A stretch of DNA of 64,000 nt from contig CABYDR010000001.1 of assembly GCA_902517795.1 (NCBI GenBank), positions 2,512-66,511 of the forward strand. The letters run 5' to 3'. Shown here piece after piece: positions 46,872-57,982 of this stretch (position 1 is its first letter; each line of letters opens with the position of its first letter). The notes under the pieces are model-generated. The model worked only from the letters and a program-made list of their open reading frames with translations. It had not been told where the DNA came from and made no database searches. A program made the translations under genes and the position numbers. Origin of the DNA: an uncultured Woeseiaceae bacterium. GTDB taxonomy: Bacteria > Pseudomonadota > Gammaproteobacteria > Steroidobacterales > Woeseiaceae.

Positions 46872-48389
46872 TTGAAAGAAATTCTAGAAAAACTTAATCT
46901 AAACGCCATCAATCCTGGAAGTTGGTCAGGCACTCAATCCATGCAAACAGATAAGGAAAAATTAATCGAATCGATTAATCCATCTTCAAAGGAAGTTATA
47001 GCTTCTGTTATCAATACAAATAATGATGAATATGAGCAAATCATTAAGAATGCACAAGAAGCTGCAAAAGAATGGAAAAAGATACCGGCTCCTGTCCGTG
47101 GGGATGCTGTCAGAAGAATTGGTGAATCACTCAGAGAACATAAGGATGCACTCGGAAGCCTTGTTAGCCTTGAAATGGGAAAAATTAAAGCTGAAGGTGA
47201 CGGTGAAGTTCAGGAGATGATAGACATGGCAGACCTTGCTGTGGGTCAATCGAGAATGCTCTATGGAGTTACCACTCAATCTGAAAGACCAATGCACAGA
47301 ATGTATGAACAATGGCATCCTTTAGGATTAGTTGGAATTATAACGGCTTTTAATTTTCCAGTAGCTGTATGGTCATGGAATGCTTTTATTGCAGCTATAT
47401 GTGGCAATATAAATATATGGAAGCCCTCCCCTAAGACTCCTCTTTGTTCTGTTGCTGTGCAAAAAATATGCAATCAGGCCTTGAAGGATCAGGGCTTTCC
47501 TGATGTTTTTCATCTTATGAATGATGAATCAAATGTTCTGTCACAAAAATTGATTGATGATGAAAGAATTGGCTTATTGTCATTTACTGGATCCAGTCAT
47601 GTAGGAAGAAAAGTTGGACAACAAGTAGCATCAAGGATGGGAAAGTACCTTCTTGAATTGGGTGGAAATAATGCAATTATAGTAGATAAATCTGCAAACT
47701 TTGATATTACTGTTCCCGGTATTGTATTTGGCTCAGTGGGAACAGCAGGACAGAGATGCACAACAACTAGGCGTGTCTTTGTCCATCAATCGCGCATGGC
47801 AGAATTACAGGAAAAACTCATTAATGCATACAAGCAAATACCAATAGGTGACCCGCTTAATCCAGACACCCTGATGGGACCAATTATCGATGAGCCATCA
47901 CTTCAAAATCTTGAAGAGGCAATCGATCAAATAAAAAAAGCAGGAGGAGAAATCTTAATAGGAGGAAAACGTACAAAAGAAGAAGGTTTTTTCTTTGAGC
48001 CTACAATTGCCCTAGCAGAAAACGATTGGGATATTGTTCAAAAAGAGACTTTTGGCCCAATACTTTATTTAATACCTTTTGATACACTCGATGATGCCAT
48101 AAATATGCAAAATAACGTGAAACAAGGTCTTTCTTCGGCAATTTTTACCGATAACTTGCAAAATGCTGAGTTTTTCCTGTCTAACTTGGGATCAGATTGT
48201 GGAATCGCTAATGTCAATATTGGTACATCCGGAGCTGAAATTGGGGGTGCATTTGGAGGTGAGAAAGAAACTGGTGGCGGAAGAGAAGCCGGTTCAGACG
48301 CCTGGAAAGCCTATATGCGAAGACAGACTAATACAATTAACTGGGGCAAAGAGTTGCCTCTTGCACAAGGTGTTAATTTTGACATTTGA
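46872..48389 (+). CDS. ALDH7-family aldehyde dehydrogenase (alpha-aminoadipic semialdehyde / piperideine-6-carboxylate dehydrogenase-like)
   Basis: Long stretches match antiquitin-type enzymes: [73 protein letters not shown] start. Confidence 0.85.
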   Translation: MKEILEKLNLNAINPGSWSGTQSMQTDKEKLIESINPSSKEVIASVINTNNDEYEQIIKNAQEAAKEWKKIPAPVRGDAVRRIGESLREHKDALGSLVSLEMGKIKAEGDGEVQEMIDMADLAVGQSRMLYGVTTQSERPMHRMYEQWHPLGLVGIITAFNFPVAVWSWNAFIAAICGNINIWKPSPKTPLCSVAVQKICNQALKDQGFPDVFHLMNDESNVLSQKLIDDERIGLLSFTGSSHVGRKVGQQVASRMGKYLLELGGNNAIIVDKSANFDITVPGIVFGSVGTAGQRCTTTRRVFVHQSRMAELQEKLINAYKQIPIGDPLNPDTLMGPIIDEPSLQNLEEAIDQIKKAGGEILIGGKRTKEEGFFFEPTIALAENDWDIVQKETFGPILYLIPFDTLDDAINMQNNVKQGLSSAIFTDNLQNAEFFLSNLGSDCGIANVNIGTSGAEIGGAFGGEKETGGGREAGSDAWKAYMRRQTNTINWGKELPLAQGVNFDI

Positions 48390-48415
48390 TTATAATTTTA
48401 ACGTCTAAACTAGAA

Positions 48416-49048
48416 TCATTTTAACCTTAACAATAAAAATAATGATGAGATTATAGCTGCTGTCGCCCCCCAAATCCTATAATCTTTATAATGGTATTCA
48501 AAGACAGGAATATCAGTATTCTTGATTTTAATTTTTCTTGTTATTTTATTTTTTTTATTGATAAAAAAATCAAACGGTACGTAAAAATAATCTTCGACTT
48601 CAGAATCATCAATCTTAATAGAAATTTCATTTTCTATAATACCAACGATAGGATGAATCAAAAACCCAGTAAGAGTTGGAACAGAGTCTAGAAATCCAAG
48701 AATTTTTATTTTTTGATCAGGTATACCAATTTCTTCTCTAGTCTCCCTCAGTGCAGTATTGACTAGGCTCTTGTCTTTTTTTGACCATCGCCCACCAGGA
48801 AAACATATCTCACCAGAATGTGATTTCAATTTTTTTGAACGAACAGTGAACAATAAATTAAGTGTATTGTCCTTTTTTATTATTGGGACCAATACTGAGG
48901 ACTGAATAAAATTTTTTTGATCCTGCTCACTCAACAATGATGCGATCTTTTTTTTTGAAAATCTTTTGTCTATTGAATTAATTGAAAATAAGAGTGGTTC
49001 CTTTTGACTGAGGTTTTCAAAGCATCTCAATTCATGGTCAATAAGCAT
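48416..49048 (-). CDS. nudL: NUDIX hydrolase, CoA pyrophosphatase-like
   Basis: Nudix box GGRWSKKDKSLVNTALRETREEIGI preceded by the CFPGG context typical of CoA pyrophosphatases. Confidence 0.7.
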   Translation of the reverse strand: MLIDHELRCFENLSQKEPLLFSINSIDKRFSKKKIASLLSEQDQKNFIQSSVLVPIIKKDNTLNLLFTVRSKKLKSHSGEICFPGGRWSKKDKSLVNTALRETREEIGIPDQKIKILGFLDSVPTLTGFLIHPIVGIIENEISIKIDDSEVEDYFYVPFDFFINKKNKITRKIKIKNTDIPVFEYHYKDYRIWGATAAIISSLFLLLRLK

Positions 49049-49078
49049 AAAAATATATTAAGCCCTACTTAATTGAGA

Positions 49079-50464
49079 TTATTTTAAACCACCTTCAGTA
49101 AGGTCCAATGGATCCAATGCCTGATCAATCTCATCTTCCGACAGATCTGTCATTTCCATTGCTACATCTTTAATTGATCTGTTCTGTTGATATGCTTTTT
49201 TTGCAATTTTTGCACCTAACTCATAACCAATCTTTGAGTTTAATGCAGTGACTAATATTGGGTTACGTTTGAGGTTTTTATCGATAACTTCCCGATTGAC
49301 CTCAAACCCAGAAATTGCCTTTTCATCGATAGAAGAAATGGCATTTGCCATGATATTAATACTTTGTATTAAGTTATAAGCAATAACCGGTAACATGACA
49401 TTTAATTGGAAATTGCCAGACTGAGCTGAGTAAGCTATTGTCGCGTCATTTCCAATTACTTGTGCACAAGCCATAATTACAGCCTCAGGAATAACTGGAT
49501 TTACTTTACCTGGCATAATGCTTGAACCTGGTTGAAGTTCGGGTAATTTTATCTCACTGATACCAGCGAGTGGTCCAGAGTTCATCCACCTGAGATCATT
49601 TGAAATTTTAATTAGACATGTAGCTAATGATCTCAGATGACTAGATAGTTCCAGCGAGCTATCTTGTGAGGACATAGCCTCAAAATATGAGGGGGAAACC
49701 TTAAAATCAATACTTGTTTTTTTAGAGACATTTTTTACAAATTTCTCTGCAAAATCCGGATGAGCATTAATTCCTGTTCCAACAGCTGTGCCTCCTTGAG
49801 CGAGACAAGATAACCGCCCCTGACTTTCTTCGATTCTGTCGCGTACTTTTTGAAGTTGATGTTTCCAACCATCAACTTCTTGAGCCAATGTGATAGGCAT
49901 GGCGTCCATGAGATGTGTTCGTCCCGTCTTAACGACGTCTTTCAAGCTATCACTCTTGTGACCCAATGAGGAGATGATGTTGTTGAGCGCTGGTAATAAA
50001 CTCTCTTTGAGCCGGATAATTGCAGCTACGCTTATAGCAGTGGGAACAACATCATTACTGCTTTGGCTCATGTTAACATCATCATTAGGATGAACTTTCT
50101 CATCTGTTAACAAAGAAGCTATGCTAGCAATTACTTCATTGGCATTCATATTCGAACTTGTCCCAGATCCTGTCTGAAACACGTCAACTAAAAATTCCTC
50201 ATTAACATCACCATCTATAAGATTTTGAGCGGCTTTTTGTATAGATTTTGATTTTTTCTTACTTATTAAGCCCAGTTGTTCGTTCGTGAGTGCTGCTGAC
50301 CACTTAATAAGACCCAATGCAGATATAAATTCAGATGGCATGGTTAGGTCGCTTATACAAAAATTATCAAGTGCCCTTTGAGTTTGGGCGCCCCACTTAG
50401 CATCCATCGGCACTTTAAGATCGCCCATGCTATCTGTTTCAATCCTGAATTTATCTTTTTTCAT
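49079..50464 (-). CDS. fumC: class II fumarate hydratase
   Basis: Signature GSSIMPGKVNP. 461 aa, aspartase/fumarase family. Confidence 0.9.
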   Translation of the reverse strand: MKKDKFRIETDSMGDLKVPMDAKWGAQTQRALDNFCISDLTMPSEFISALGLIKWSAALTNEQLGLISKKKSKSIQKAAQNLIDGDVNEEFLVDVFQTGSGTSSNMNANEVIASIASLLTDEKVHPNDDVNMSQSSNDVVPTAISVAAIIRLKESLLPALNNIISSLGHKSDSLKDVVKTGRTHLMDAMPITLAQEVDGWKHQLQKVRDRIEESQGRLSCLAQGGTAVGTGINAHPDFAEKFVKNVSKKTSIDFKVSPSYFEAMSSQDSSLELSSHLRSLATCLIKISNDLRWMNSGPLAGISEIKLPELQPGSSIMPGKVNPVIPEAVIMACAQVIGNDATIAYSAQSGNFQLNVMLPVIAYNLIQSINIMANAISSIDEKAISGFEVNREVIDKNLKRNPILVTALNSKIGYELGAKIAKKAYQQNRSIKDVAMEMTDLSEDEIDQALDPLDLTEGGLK

Positions 50465-50567
50465 AATATATTTTTTTTGTAATATTATTTAATTATGACA
50501 CAGCAAATAATTAAATTTTAGCTCTATTAGTGTATGATTCTATTTTAATATCTTATGCAAACAAGTA

Positions 50568-51926
50568 ATGCCTTACAGTAACCTCAAATCAATATCACCT
50601 CTTGATGGTCGTTATTCTGAGAAAGTCTCAGAATTAAGAGATATATTCAGTGAATACGGCTTAATAAAGTACAGAGTGTTTATTGAAATCAAATGGCTGC
50701 AACATTTATCGTCAATAAATGATTTGAAAGAATTGCCAAAATTTAACTCCGATCTCGAAAAAAAATTAAATTCAATTTTAAATTCCTTTAGCGTTGATCA
50801 AGCAAACGAAATAAAAAAAATTGAAAGTGTCACAAATCACGACGTGAAAGCGATTGAATATTACCTGAGAGATTCACTGAAGGATTATGACGGCATTGAG
50901 GGGTTTATTCATTTTGGATGCACTTCAGAAGATATAAATAATTTGTCTTACGCTCTTATGTTTCGTGAAGCGCGAGAAAATATACTTTTACCAATGATGA
51001 AGGATATCAAAACAGCGTTAACTGATATCACAGATAAATATTCTGACACCCCCATGATTTCAAGAACTCATGGGCAGACCGCCAGTCCAACCACTGTAGG
51101 AAAGGAAATGGCTAATATCATACACAGATTGAATGCTGCGGTTACAGATCTTAATGAAATTATTATTCTTGGAAAATTTAATGGTGCGGTTGGAAATTTC
51201 AATGCGCACTATTCAGCCTACCCAGAATTAGATTGGATTGAAATAAGTAATAACTTCATAAAATCAATTGGATTAACGCCAAATGAGCTTACCACACAAA
51301 TAGAACCTCACGATTGGACTGCTAAGTTTTGTCATTGCTTGATAAGATACAACGTAATCCTACTTGATTTATGCAAAGACATATGGGGATATATTTCAAT
51401 TGGTTATTTTAAACAAAAATTGAATAAAAATGAGGTTGGATCTTCAACAATGCCCCATAAAGTCAATCCAATTGACTTTGAGAATGCAGAGGGTAACTTG
51501 GGAGTCGCAAATTCTATGCTGAGTCACTTTTCAGAAAAACTGCCAATCTCTCGCTTTCAAAGAGATCTGACTGATTCTACAGTTCAGAGAAACTTTGGTG
51601 TTGCGATTGGATATACAATTATTTCAATGAAATCGTTACTAAAAGGCCTAAAAAAACTTGAGCTGGATGAGGATAAAATTAATGATGACCTGCTAAATTC
51701 TTGGGAGGTAATCAGTGAAGCCATTCAAACTGTAATGAGGAGATACAATATTCCTGAACCCTATGAAAAATTAAAAGAGCTCACCAGAGGTCAAAAAATT
51801 AATAATGAAATTCTAATCGAATTCATTGAATCTCTTGAAATTCCAGATACCGCAAAAAAAGAATTAATTTCTATCAGTCCATCTAGTTATATTGGTGCCG
51901 CGTCGATACTCGCAAAAAAAATATAG
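50568..51926 (+). CDS. purB: adenylosuccinate lyase
   Basis: SSTMPHKVNP signature, N-terminal SPLDGRY motif. 452 aa. Confidence 0.9.
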   Translation: MPYSNLKSISPLDGRYSEKVSELRDIFSEYGLIKYRVFIEIKWLQHLSSINDLKELPKFNSDLEKKLNSILNSFSVDQANEIKKIESVTNHDVKAIEYYLRDSLKDYDGIEGFIHFGCTSEDINNLSYALMFREARENILLPMMKDIKTALTDITDKYSDTPMISRTHGQTASPTTVGKEMANIIHRLNAAVTDLNEIIILGKFNGAVGNFNAHYSAYPELDWIEISNNFIKSIGLTPNELTTQIEPHDWTAKFCHCLIRYNVILLDLCKDIWGYISIGYFKQKLNKNEVGSSTMPHKVNPIDFENAEGNLGVANSMLSHFSEKLPISRFQRDLTDSTVQRNFGVAIGYTIISMKSLLKGLKKLELDEDKINDDLLNSWEVISEAIQTVMRRYNIPEPYEKLKELTRGQKINNEILIEFIESLEIPDTAKKELISISPSSYIGAASILAKKI

Positions 51927-51986
51927 ACATACAGGAAGATCAGCTTCTATTAGAGAATCAATAGATTAAATAGTTAAAAATTAACC

Positions 51987-53090
51987 GTGATTGATGTCAA
52001 TAATAAAAAGGTAATAATCGGACTATCCGGTGGAGTTGATTCTGCTGTATCAATGTTGCTGCTGAGAGAAAAAGGTGCAATTGTTGAGGCATTGCATATG
52101 ACAAATTGGGATGACGATGACCAATATTGTAGTGCAGCAGAAGATCTTCAAGACGCAAAAAAACTATGCAAACAATTATCTGTTCCTTTGCATCACATTA
52201 ATTTCACTAAAGAATATAGAGAAAATGTATTTGAAAACTTCCTTAATGAATATAAAAAAGGAAGGACACCAAATCCAGATATTCTTTGCAACAGAGAAAT
52301 TAAGTTTGGGGTATTTAAGAATCATGCGGAAAGATTAGGCGCAGAATTTATTGCCACAGGTCATTATGCTAAGATAAAAAGCGACAATGGGGCATTAAAA
52401 CTTTTTAAATCAAAAGACAAAAATAAAGATCAAACATACTTCCTCTATGCGGTTGAACCAAAAAATTTCATAAACACCATATTCCCACTTGCAGATATCT
52501 CTAAGGAAGAAGTAAGAGCGATAGCACAAGCCAATGGCTTGATAAATTATAAAAAAAGAGACAGTACTGGAATCTGTTTCATAGGCAAACGACCGTTTAA
52601 GGAATTCCTTGGATCATATATTCCATCTGAACCTGGAAATATAATAGACAAAGACGGGGCCATTGTTGGTGAACACGATGGACTCATGTTTCATACGATT
52701 GGGCAAAGACAAGGATTAAATATCGGTGGCATAAAGAATGGAAGTGGTGAGCCTTGGTATGTTTCAGAGAAAGATATAAAAAATAATACATTAATAGTAG
52801 TTCAAGGTGATCACCCTTCTCTTTATTCAAAGGGAATAGTAATAATTGATGAATCGTGGATTGAATCTTCACCAGTGACAAAAAACAGTGCCAATGACCA
52901 TTTAGAATGCACAGTAAAAGTCAGATACAGACAGGCTGATCAAGGATGCAAATTATATCTTACTGAGGATGAAAAAATTACGGTAATATTCAATGAGCCG
53001 CAAAGATCAGTTGCCTTGGGGCAATCGGCTGTTTTCTATATGGGTGAGGAATGTTTAGGCGGAGGCATAATTGACGAAATCATCAAATAA
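51987..53090 (+). CDS. mnmA: tRNA-specific 2-thiouridylase
   Basis: PP-loop GLSGGVDSAV, CNREIKF motif. 367 aa, GTG start. Confidence 0.9.
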   Translation: MIDVNNKKVIIGLSGGVDSAVSMLLLREKGAIVEALHMTNWDDDDQYCSAAEDLQDAKKLCKQLSVPLHHINFTKEYRENVFENFLNEYKKGRTPNPDILCNREIKFGVFKNHAERLGAEFIATGHYAKIKSDNGALKLFKSKDKNKDQTYFLYAVEPKNFINTIFPLADISKEEVRAIAQANGLINYKKRDSTGICFIGKRPFKEFLGSYIPSEPGNIIDKDGAIVGEHDGLMFHTIGQRQGLNIGGIKNGSGEPWYVSEKDIKNNTLIVVQGDHPSLYSKGIVIIDESWIESSPVTKNSANDHLECTVKVRYRQADQGCKLYLTEDEKITVIFNEPQRSVALGQSAVFYMGEECLGGGIIDEIIK

Positions 53091-53188
53091 GAAAAATTAG
53101 AGCCAAAAAATAACAAATTTAAGTCATGTTCGGATATAATTCTGCGCCAAGAGAGACAGAGAAAACCACTATAAGCTAGGAACTCAGA

Positions 53189-55852
53189 ATGCAATACCAA
53201 TCATCTGCAAAGAAAGAATTAACCATCAATAATAGAAAATTTGAGTATTTTGATCTCAACTCAATAGATAATGAACTTGTAAGAACCCTTCCCTATTCAT
53301 TAAAAATACTTCTTGAAAACCTTCTAAGACATGAAGATGGTATTAACGTGACCAGAGAAGATATACTGGCAATTGCAAACTGGGATCCAAACCAAAAACC
53401 AGAAAAAGAAATTTCATTCACACCGTCGCGTGTGATTTTACAAGATTTTACTGGTGTTCCAGCTGTGGTTGATTTGGCGGCAATGAGAGACGCTATAGTA
53501 AATCTAGGTTCAGATGCAAATAAAATAAATCCGTTATCTCCTGTTGAGCTCGTAATTGATCATTCTGTGCAAGTAGATAACTACGCCAAATCCAATGCGC
53601 TAGATTTAAACAATATAATAGAATTCAAAAGGAATAAGGAAAGATATTCATTTTTGAAGTGGGGTCAAAAAGAATTTAAGAATTTTAAAGTTGTACCTCC
53701 AAATACAGGAATTGTTCATCAAGTTAATTTGGAATACCTTAGCCGGGTTGTTTTTAATCACAACTCCTCTGATTCAAATACTCTTTATCCAGACACAGTA
53801 GTAGGAACCGACAGTCATACGACGATGATCAATGGTCTTGGAATATTAGGTTGGGGAGTGGGCGGAATAGAGGCTGAAGCTGCCATGTTAGGGCAACCAA
53901 TCACTATGCTAATCCCTCAAGTTGTTGGTTTTAAGTTAACTGGAAAGTTACGCGAGGGAACCACTGCAACAGATTTAGTGTTAGCAGTAACAGAAATTCT
54001 TAGGAACAAAGGTGTTGTTGGTAAATTTGTTGAATTCTTTGGAGATGGTTTAGATGACCTTCCATTGGCGGATAGAGCTACTTTAGGAAATATGTCACCA
54101 GAATTTGGCAGCACCTGTGCCATATTTCCTATAGATCAAGAAACACTTAGGTATCTGAGCTTATCTGGAAGAGATGAAGATCAGATTCGCGTAGTTGAGG
54201 GCTATGCTAGAGCACAGGGTTTTTGGCGGAACACTGAACAAGATGATGCCAGATACTCTGATCTTATTGAGCTCGACATGAGCGCAGTTGAACCAAGTAT
54301 CGCTGGACCAAAGAGACCGCAAGACAGAATACTTTTGCATGACGCCAAAAAAACAATTTGCTCGCATATTGATAAAATTAAAACCAATAAAAATTCACAA
54401 AAATTAGATGATGGGGGCGCAAAAAAAAGTATTTTAAATGATGGCTCTATATTGATAGCTGCTATTACAAGTTGCACAAATACATCCAATCCAGCTGTAA
54501 TGATCGCAGCAGGAATTCTTGCTAAAAAAGCAAATGAGCTTGGTCTAAGCACCAAAAGTTGGGTAAAAACCAGCCTAGCTCCTGGCTCGAGAGTCGTGAC
54601 TGATTATCTGGAAAAAGCAGGTCTTGATGAGCATCTCGATAAGCTTGGATTTCAAACTGTTGGCTATGGTTGCACTACATGCATAGGTAATTCTGGACCG
54701 CTCAATCAAGACATATCAGAAGCAGTCATTGAAGGAAATATAATCGGTTGCAGCGTTCTATCAGGAAATCGAAATTTTGAAGGCAGAATCCATCCACTAG
54801 TTCAAATGAATTTTCTTGCGTCACCTCCGCTGGTTGTTGCTTATTCATTAGTAGGAACCATGAACATTAATTTAGCTAATGATTCTATCGGGAAAGATAA
54901 AGACGACAATGATGTTTATTTAAAAGATATCTGGCCAAGTCAAAGTGAAGTCTCGATCGTACTTTCATCTTCTATTAACTCAGAAATGTTTGCCTCCAGC
55001 TATAAATCTGTCTTTGATGGTGACGACAATTGGAATTCTCTTGATATAGCAACAGGAGAGAAATTTGCATGGGACAGTAAATCCACTTATATAAAACATC
55101 CACCATACTTCGAAAATATGAAACAAGAACCTGCTGGTGTAATGGATATAAAAAATGCAAGGTTATTGGCTCTGCTTGGTGATTCTGTGACAACAGATCA
55201 TATATCACCCGCTGGCGCAATCGCAAAAGACAGTCCTGCTGCAAAATACCTAATTGATCAGGGAATTGATGAAAATAATTTCAACTCATATGGATCCAGA
55301 AGAGGAAATCATGAAGTCATGATGAGGGGTACATTTGCTAATATCAGGTTGCGCAATAAAATGGCACCAGGAACTGAGGGAGGATGGACGACACATCACC
55401 CCAGTAACGAAATAATGACAATTTATGATGCCGCACAAAAATACAAAAAAGATGCTGCCCCCCTCGTGATAATAGCTGGCAGTGAATATGGAACTGGATC
55501 ATCGCGTGACTGGGCAGCAAAAGGCACGCTTCTACTTGGCGTAAAAGCGGTTATAGCAAAGAGTTATGAAAGAATTCATAGGTCCAATCTTATTGGAATG
55601 GGAGTGCTGCCCTTACAATTCAAAGATGGAGAGTGCGCAGAGTCTTTTGGTATAAACGGCAATGAAGAGTTCACAATTACAGGTCACATTGACCCAAAAA
55701 ATAAATATGCAACAGTTACAGCAAAAACAGCTGATTCTGAAAAAATTTCTTTTGAAACACAAATAAGAATAGACACACCAAAAGAACGAGAATATTTCGA
55801 GCATGGCGGGATATTGCAATATGTCTTAAGACAGATCGTCAATCAAAAATAA
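53189..55852 (+). CDS. acnA: aconitate hydratase A
   Basis: 887 aa with Fe-S cluster Cys motifs (ITSCTNTSNP, GCTTCIGNSG) and the aconitase swivel domain. Confidence 0.9.
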   Translation: MQYQSSAKKELTINNRKFEYFDLNSIDNELVRTLPYSLKILLENLLRHEDGINVTREDILAIANWDPNQKPEKEISFTPSRVILQDFTGVPAVVDLAAMRDAIVNLGSDANKINPLSPVELVIDHSVQVDNYAKSNALDLNNIIEFKRNKERYSFLKWGQKEFKNFKVVPPNTGIVHQVNLEYLSRVVFNHNSSDSNTLYPDTVVGTDSHTTMINGLGILGWGVGGIEAEAAMLGQPITMLIPQVVGFKLTGKLREGTTATDLVLAVTEILRNKGVVGKFVEFFGDGLDDLPLADRATLGNMSPEFGSTCAIFPIDQETLRYLSLSGRDEDQIRVVEGYARAQGFWRNTEQDDARYSDLIELDMSAVEPSIAGPKRPQDRILLHDAKKTICSHIDKIKTNKNSQKLDDGGAKKSILNDGSILIAAITSCTNTSNPAVMIAAGILAKKANELGLSTKSWVKTSLAPGSRVVTDYLEKAGLDEHLDKLGFQTVGYGCTTCIGNSGPLNQDISEAVIEGNIIGCSVLSGNRNFEGRIHPLVQMNFLASPPLVVAYSLVGTMNINLANDSIGKDKDDNDVYLKDIWPSQSEVSIVLSSSINSEMFASSYKSVFDGDDNWNSLDIATGEKFAWDSKSTYIKHPPYFENMKQEPAGVMDIKNARLLALLGDSVTTDHISPAGAIAKDSPAAKYLIDQGIDENNFNSYGSRRGNHEVMMRGTFANIRLRNKMAPGTEGGWTTHHPSNEIMTIYDAAQKYKKDAAPLVIIAGSEYGTGSSRDWAAKGTLLLGVKAVIAKSYERIHRSNLIGMGVLPLQFKDGECAESFGINGNEEFTITGHIDPKNKYATVTAKTADSEKISFETQIRIDTPKEREYFEHGGILQYVLRQIVNQK

Positions 55853-55857
55853 TTTTC

Positions 55858-56655
55858 ATGGAAAATATAGAGTTAGTGGACATAGGCGCAAATCTGACTC
55901 ATAAAGATTTTTCTGCTGACTTGGATAATGTAATTGAAGAAGCTCTAAATAATAATATAAGCAAAATAATTGTCACAGGCACAACAGGACAAGAGAGCTT
56001 TAAGGCCGCGAACTTAACCAAAAACTATCCAAAAATACTTTACAGCACAGTAGGTGTTCACCCACATTACGCCAATGATTATTGTCATGCGGAAGAAGAA
56101 ATCATAATAGAGCTATCTGCTAAATCAAACGTAGTAGCAATCGGTGAGTGCGGATTAGATTACTATAGAAATTTCTCAACAAAGACGAATCAATTAAATG
56201 CATTTCAGGGTCAAATAGAAATAGCGCATGAACAAAAACTCCCTTTGTTTATGCATCAACGAGATGCTCATGATGATTTTATTGCCCTGTTAAGGTCCAA
56301 CTCAAAGATTCTCGAAAAAGGAGTCGTGCATTGTTTTACTGGAACTAAGCAGATGTTGTATGAGTATCTTGATATGGATCTTTATATTGGCGTTACTGGC
56401 TGGATATGCGATGAAAGACGCGGCAAAAATCTTCAGAGTTTTGTCAAAGATATTCCACTAGAGAGGTTGTTGATAGAGACTGATTGCCCTTATCTTATTC
56501 CAAGAACTCTTAAAAATAGACCAAAAAATAACAGAAATGAACCAAAATATTTAATTGAAATTTTGGATACCTTGGAAATGCTAACTCCATATTCAAAAAA
56601 AGAAATTGCAGATGCTTCGTATAAAAATGCGTGCAATCTTTTTAAATTATATTAA
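55858..56655 (+). CDS. tatD: TatD-family metal-dependent hydrolase/DNase
   Basis: Size and motifs (GVHPH, AIGECGLDY, LFMHQRDA, ETDCPYL) of the TatD family. Confidence 0.85.
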   Translation: MENIELVDIGANLTHKDFSADLDNVIEEALNNNISKIIVTGTTGQESFKAANLTKNYPKILYSTVGVHPHYANDYCHAEEEIIIELSAKSNVVAIGECGLDYYRNFSTKTNQLNAFQGQIEIAHEQKLPLFMHQRDAHDDFIALLRSNSKILEKGVVHCFTGTKQMLYEYLDMDLYIGVTGWICDERRGKNLQSFVKDIPLERLLIETDCPYLIPRTLKNRPKNNRNEPKYLIEILDTLEMLTPYSKKEIADASYKNACNLFKLY

Positions 56656-56683
56656 ATATCAATAACTTATATTATATAATTAA

Positions 56684-57979
56684 CTATAAATATTTATTAG
56701 TTAATTCTCTAAATTCTTTCAATGAAGGTTTAATCTGATAAAAGTGATTGGGTTTGTTCAAGATTGATTTTAACTCATCCGGTATGTTTACTTTTCCCTC
56801 TATTAAGGGCTCAACAATGGTTTCGAATTTTGCTGGATGTGCTGTCGCCACTATAACCCAATCTTCTGTCTTAATATCATTATCAAGATTCTGATATGCA
56901 CAACTGGCAGTGGATGTATGTGGACATAAAATAATATTTTGCTCATGAAATGAACGGATTATCTCATTCTTTATCTCATCGTCAGAAATTGATGTGGCAC
57001 TAATTTTTCTTTGAATATCCTGAAAACTAAATAGACTGGTCAACCTTTCCATATTACTTGCATTACCTACGTCCATTGCATTTGCAAGCGTTTGTATAGT
57101 TTCACGTTTTTCCCACTGATCTCCATCAATAAAATCTTTTATCATCTTGTTCTCATTAAGCGCTAAGACAATCCTCCCTATCGGAAAGCCCATTTGTTTC
57201 GATAATATGCAAGCGAGTCCATTTCCCAAGTTACCCGTAGGTATAATAAAATTCGGTTTTCTATTGGTCTTGTTATAGTGGGAGATACCGGTGTGAGCAT
57301 AATAAATTGCCTGAGGTAGCAATCGCCCCATATTTATACTGTTTGCAGAACTGAATCTATATTGTGCCATCAAGTCATGATCTGCAAATACCTTTTTTAC
57401 TAAGTCCTGACAAGAATCAAAACTGCCCTTAACTGAGAGGGCCAGTATATTATCACCCCAGGATGTTAATTGTTTTTCTTGTCTTTTTGAAACTTTGCCT
57501 TCAGGAAAGAAAATTATAACTTTAACATTGGGTAACCCATGAAATGCAGCTGCTACCGCTCCTCCTGTATCACCAGATGTAGCAACAAGAATAACTAATG
57601 GATCATTTTTATCTTTATTTAATTTGCTTAAACACGAAGCCAAAAATCTAGCTCCAACATCCTTAAATGCAGCTGTAGGCCCATGAAATAATTCTAAATA
57701 CCAAAGATTATTTTTTTCATATTTAACCGAAGGTATATTGAAAGATAAACATTCTTTGATTATGTTATCCAAATCTTTTTTTAATGCAGAGCGTTCAAAG
57801 AATGGGGATAGAAGTATTTTTGCTGTATCAATGATAGATTTTGAATCATTAAATTCTTTTTCTTTAAAAATTGGAAGAGATTCGGGTAAAAACAGCCCGC
57901 CATCATCAGCAATACCCTTTTTAAGCACATCATCAATGCTTGAAGCAAAGTCTTTACCTCTTGTACTAATGTACTTCAT
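56684..57979 (-). CDS. thrC: threonine synthase
   Basis: PLP-lysine context GPTAAFKDVGARF. 431 aa, last gene of the thrA-thrB-thrC arrangement. Confidence 0.9.
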   Translation of the reverse strand: MKYISTRGKDFASSIDDVLKKGIADDGGLFLPESLPIFKEKEFNDSKSIIDTAKILLSPFFERSALKKDLDNIIKECLSFNIPSVKYEKNNLWYLELFHGPTAAFKDVGARFLASCLSKLNKDKNDPLVILVATSGDTGGAVAAAFHGLPNVKVIIFFPEGKVSKRQEKQLTSWGDNILALSVKGSFDSCQDLVKKVFADHDLMAQYRFSSANSINMGRLLPQAIYYAHTGISHYNKTNRKPNFIIPTGNLGNGLACILSKQMGFPIGRIVLALNENKMIKDFIDGDQWEKRETIQTLANAMDVGNASNMERLTSLFSFQDIQRKISATSISDDEIKNEIIRSFHEQNIILCPHTSTASCAYQNLDNDIKTEDWVIVATAHPAKFETIVEPLIEGKVNIPDELKSILNKPNHFYQIKPSLKEFRELTNKYL

Positions 57980-57982
57980 TTT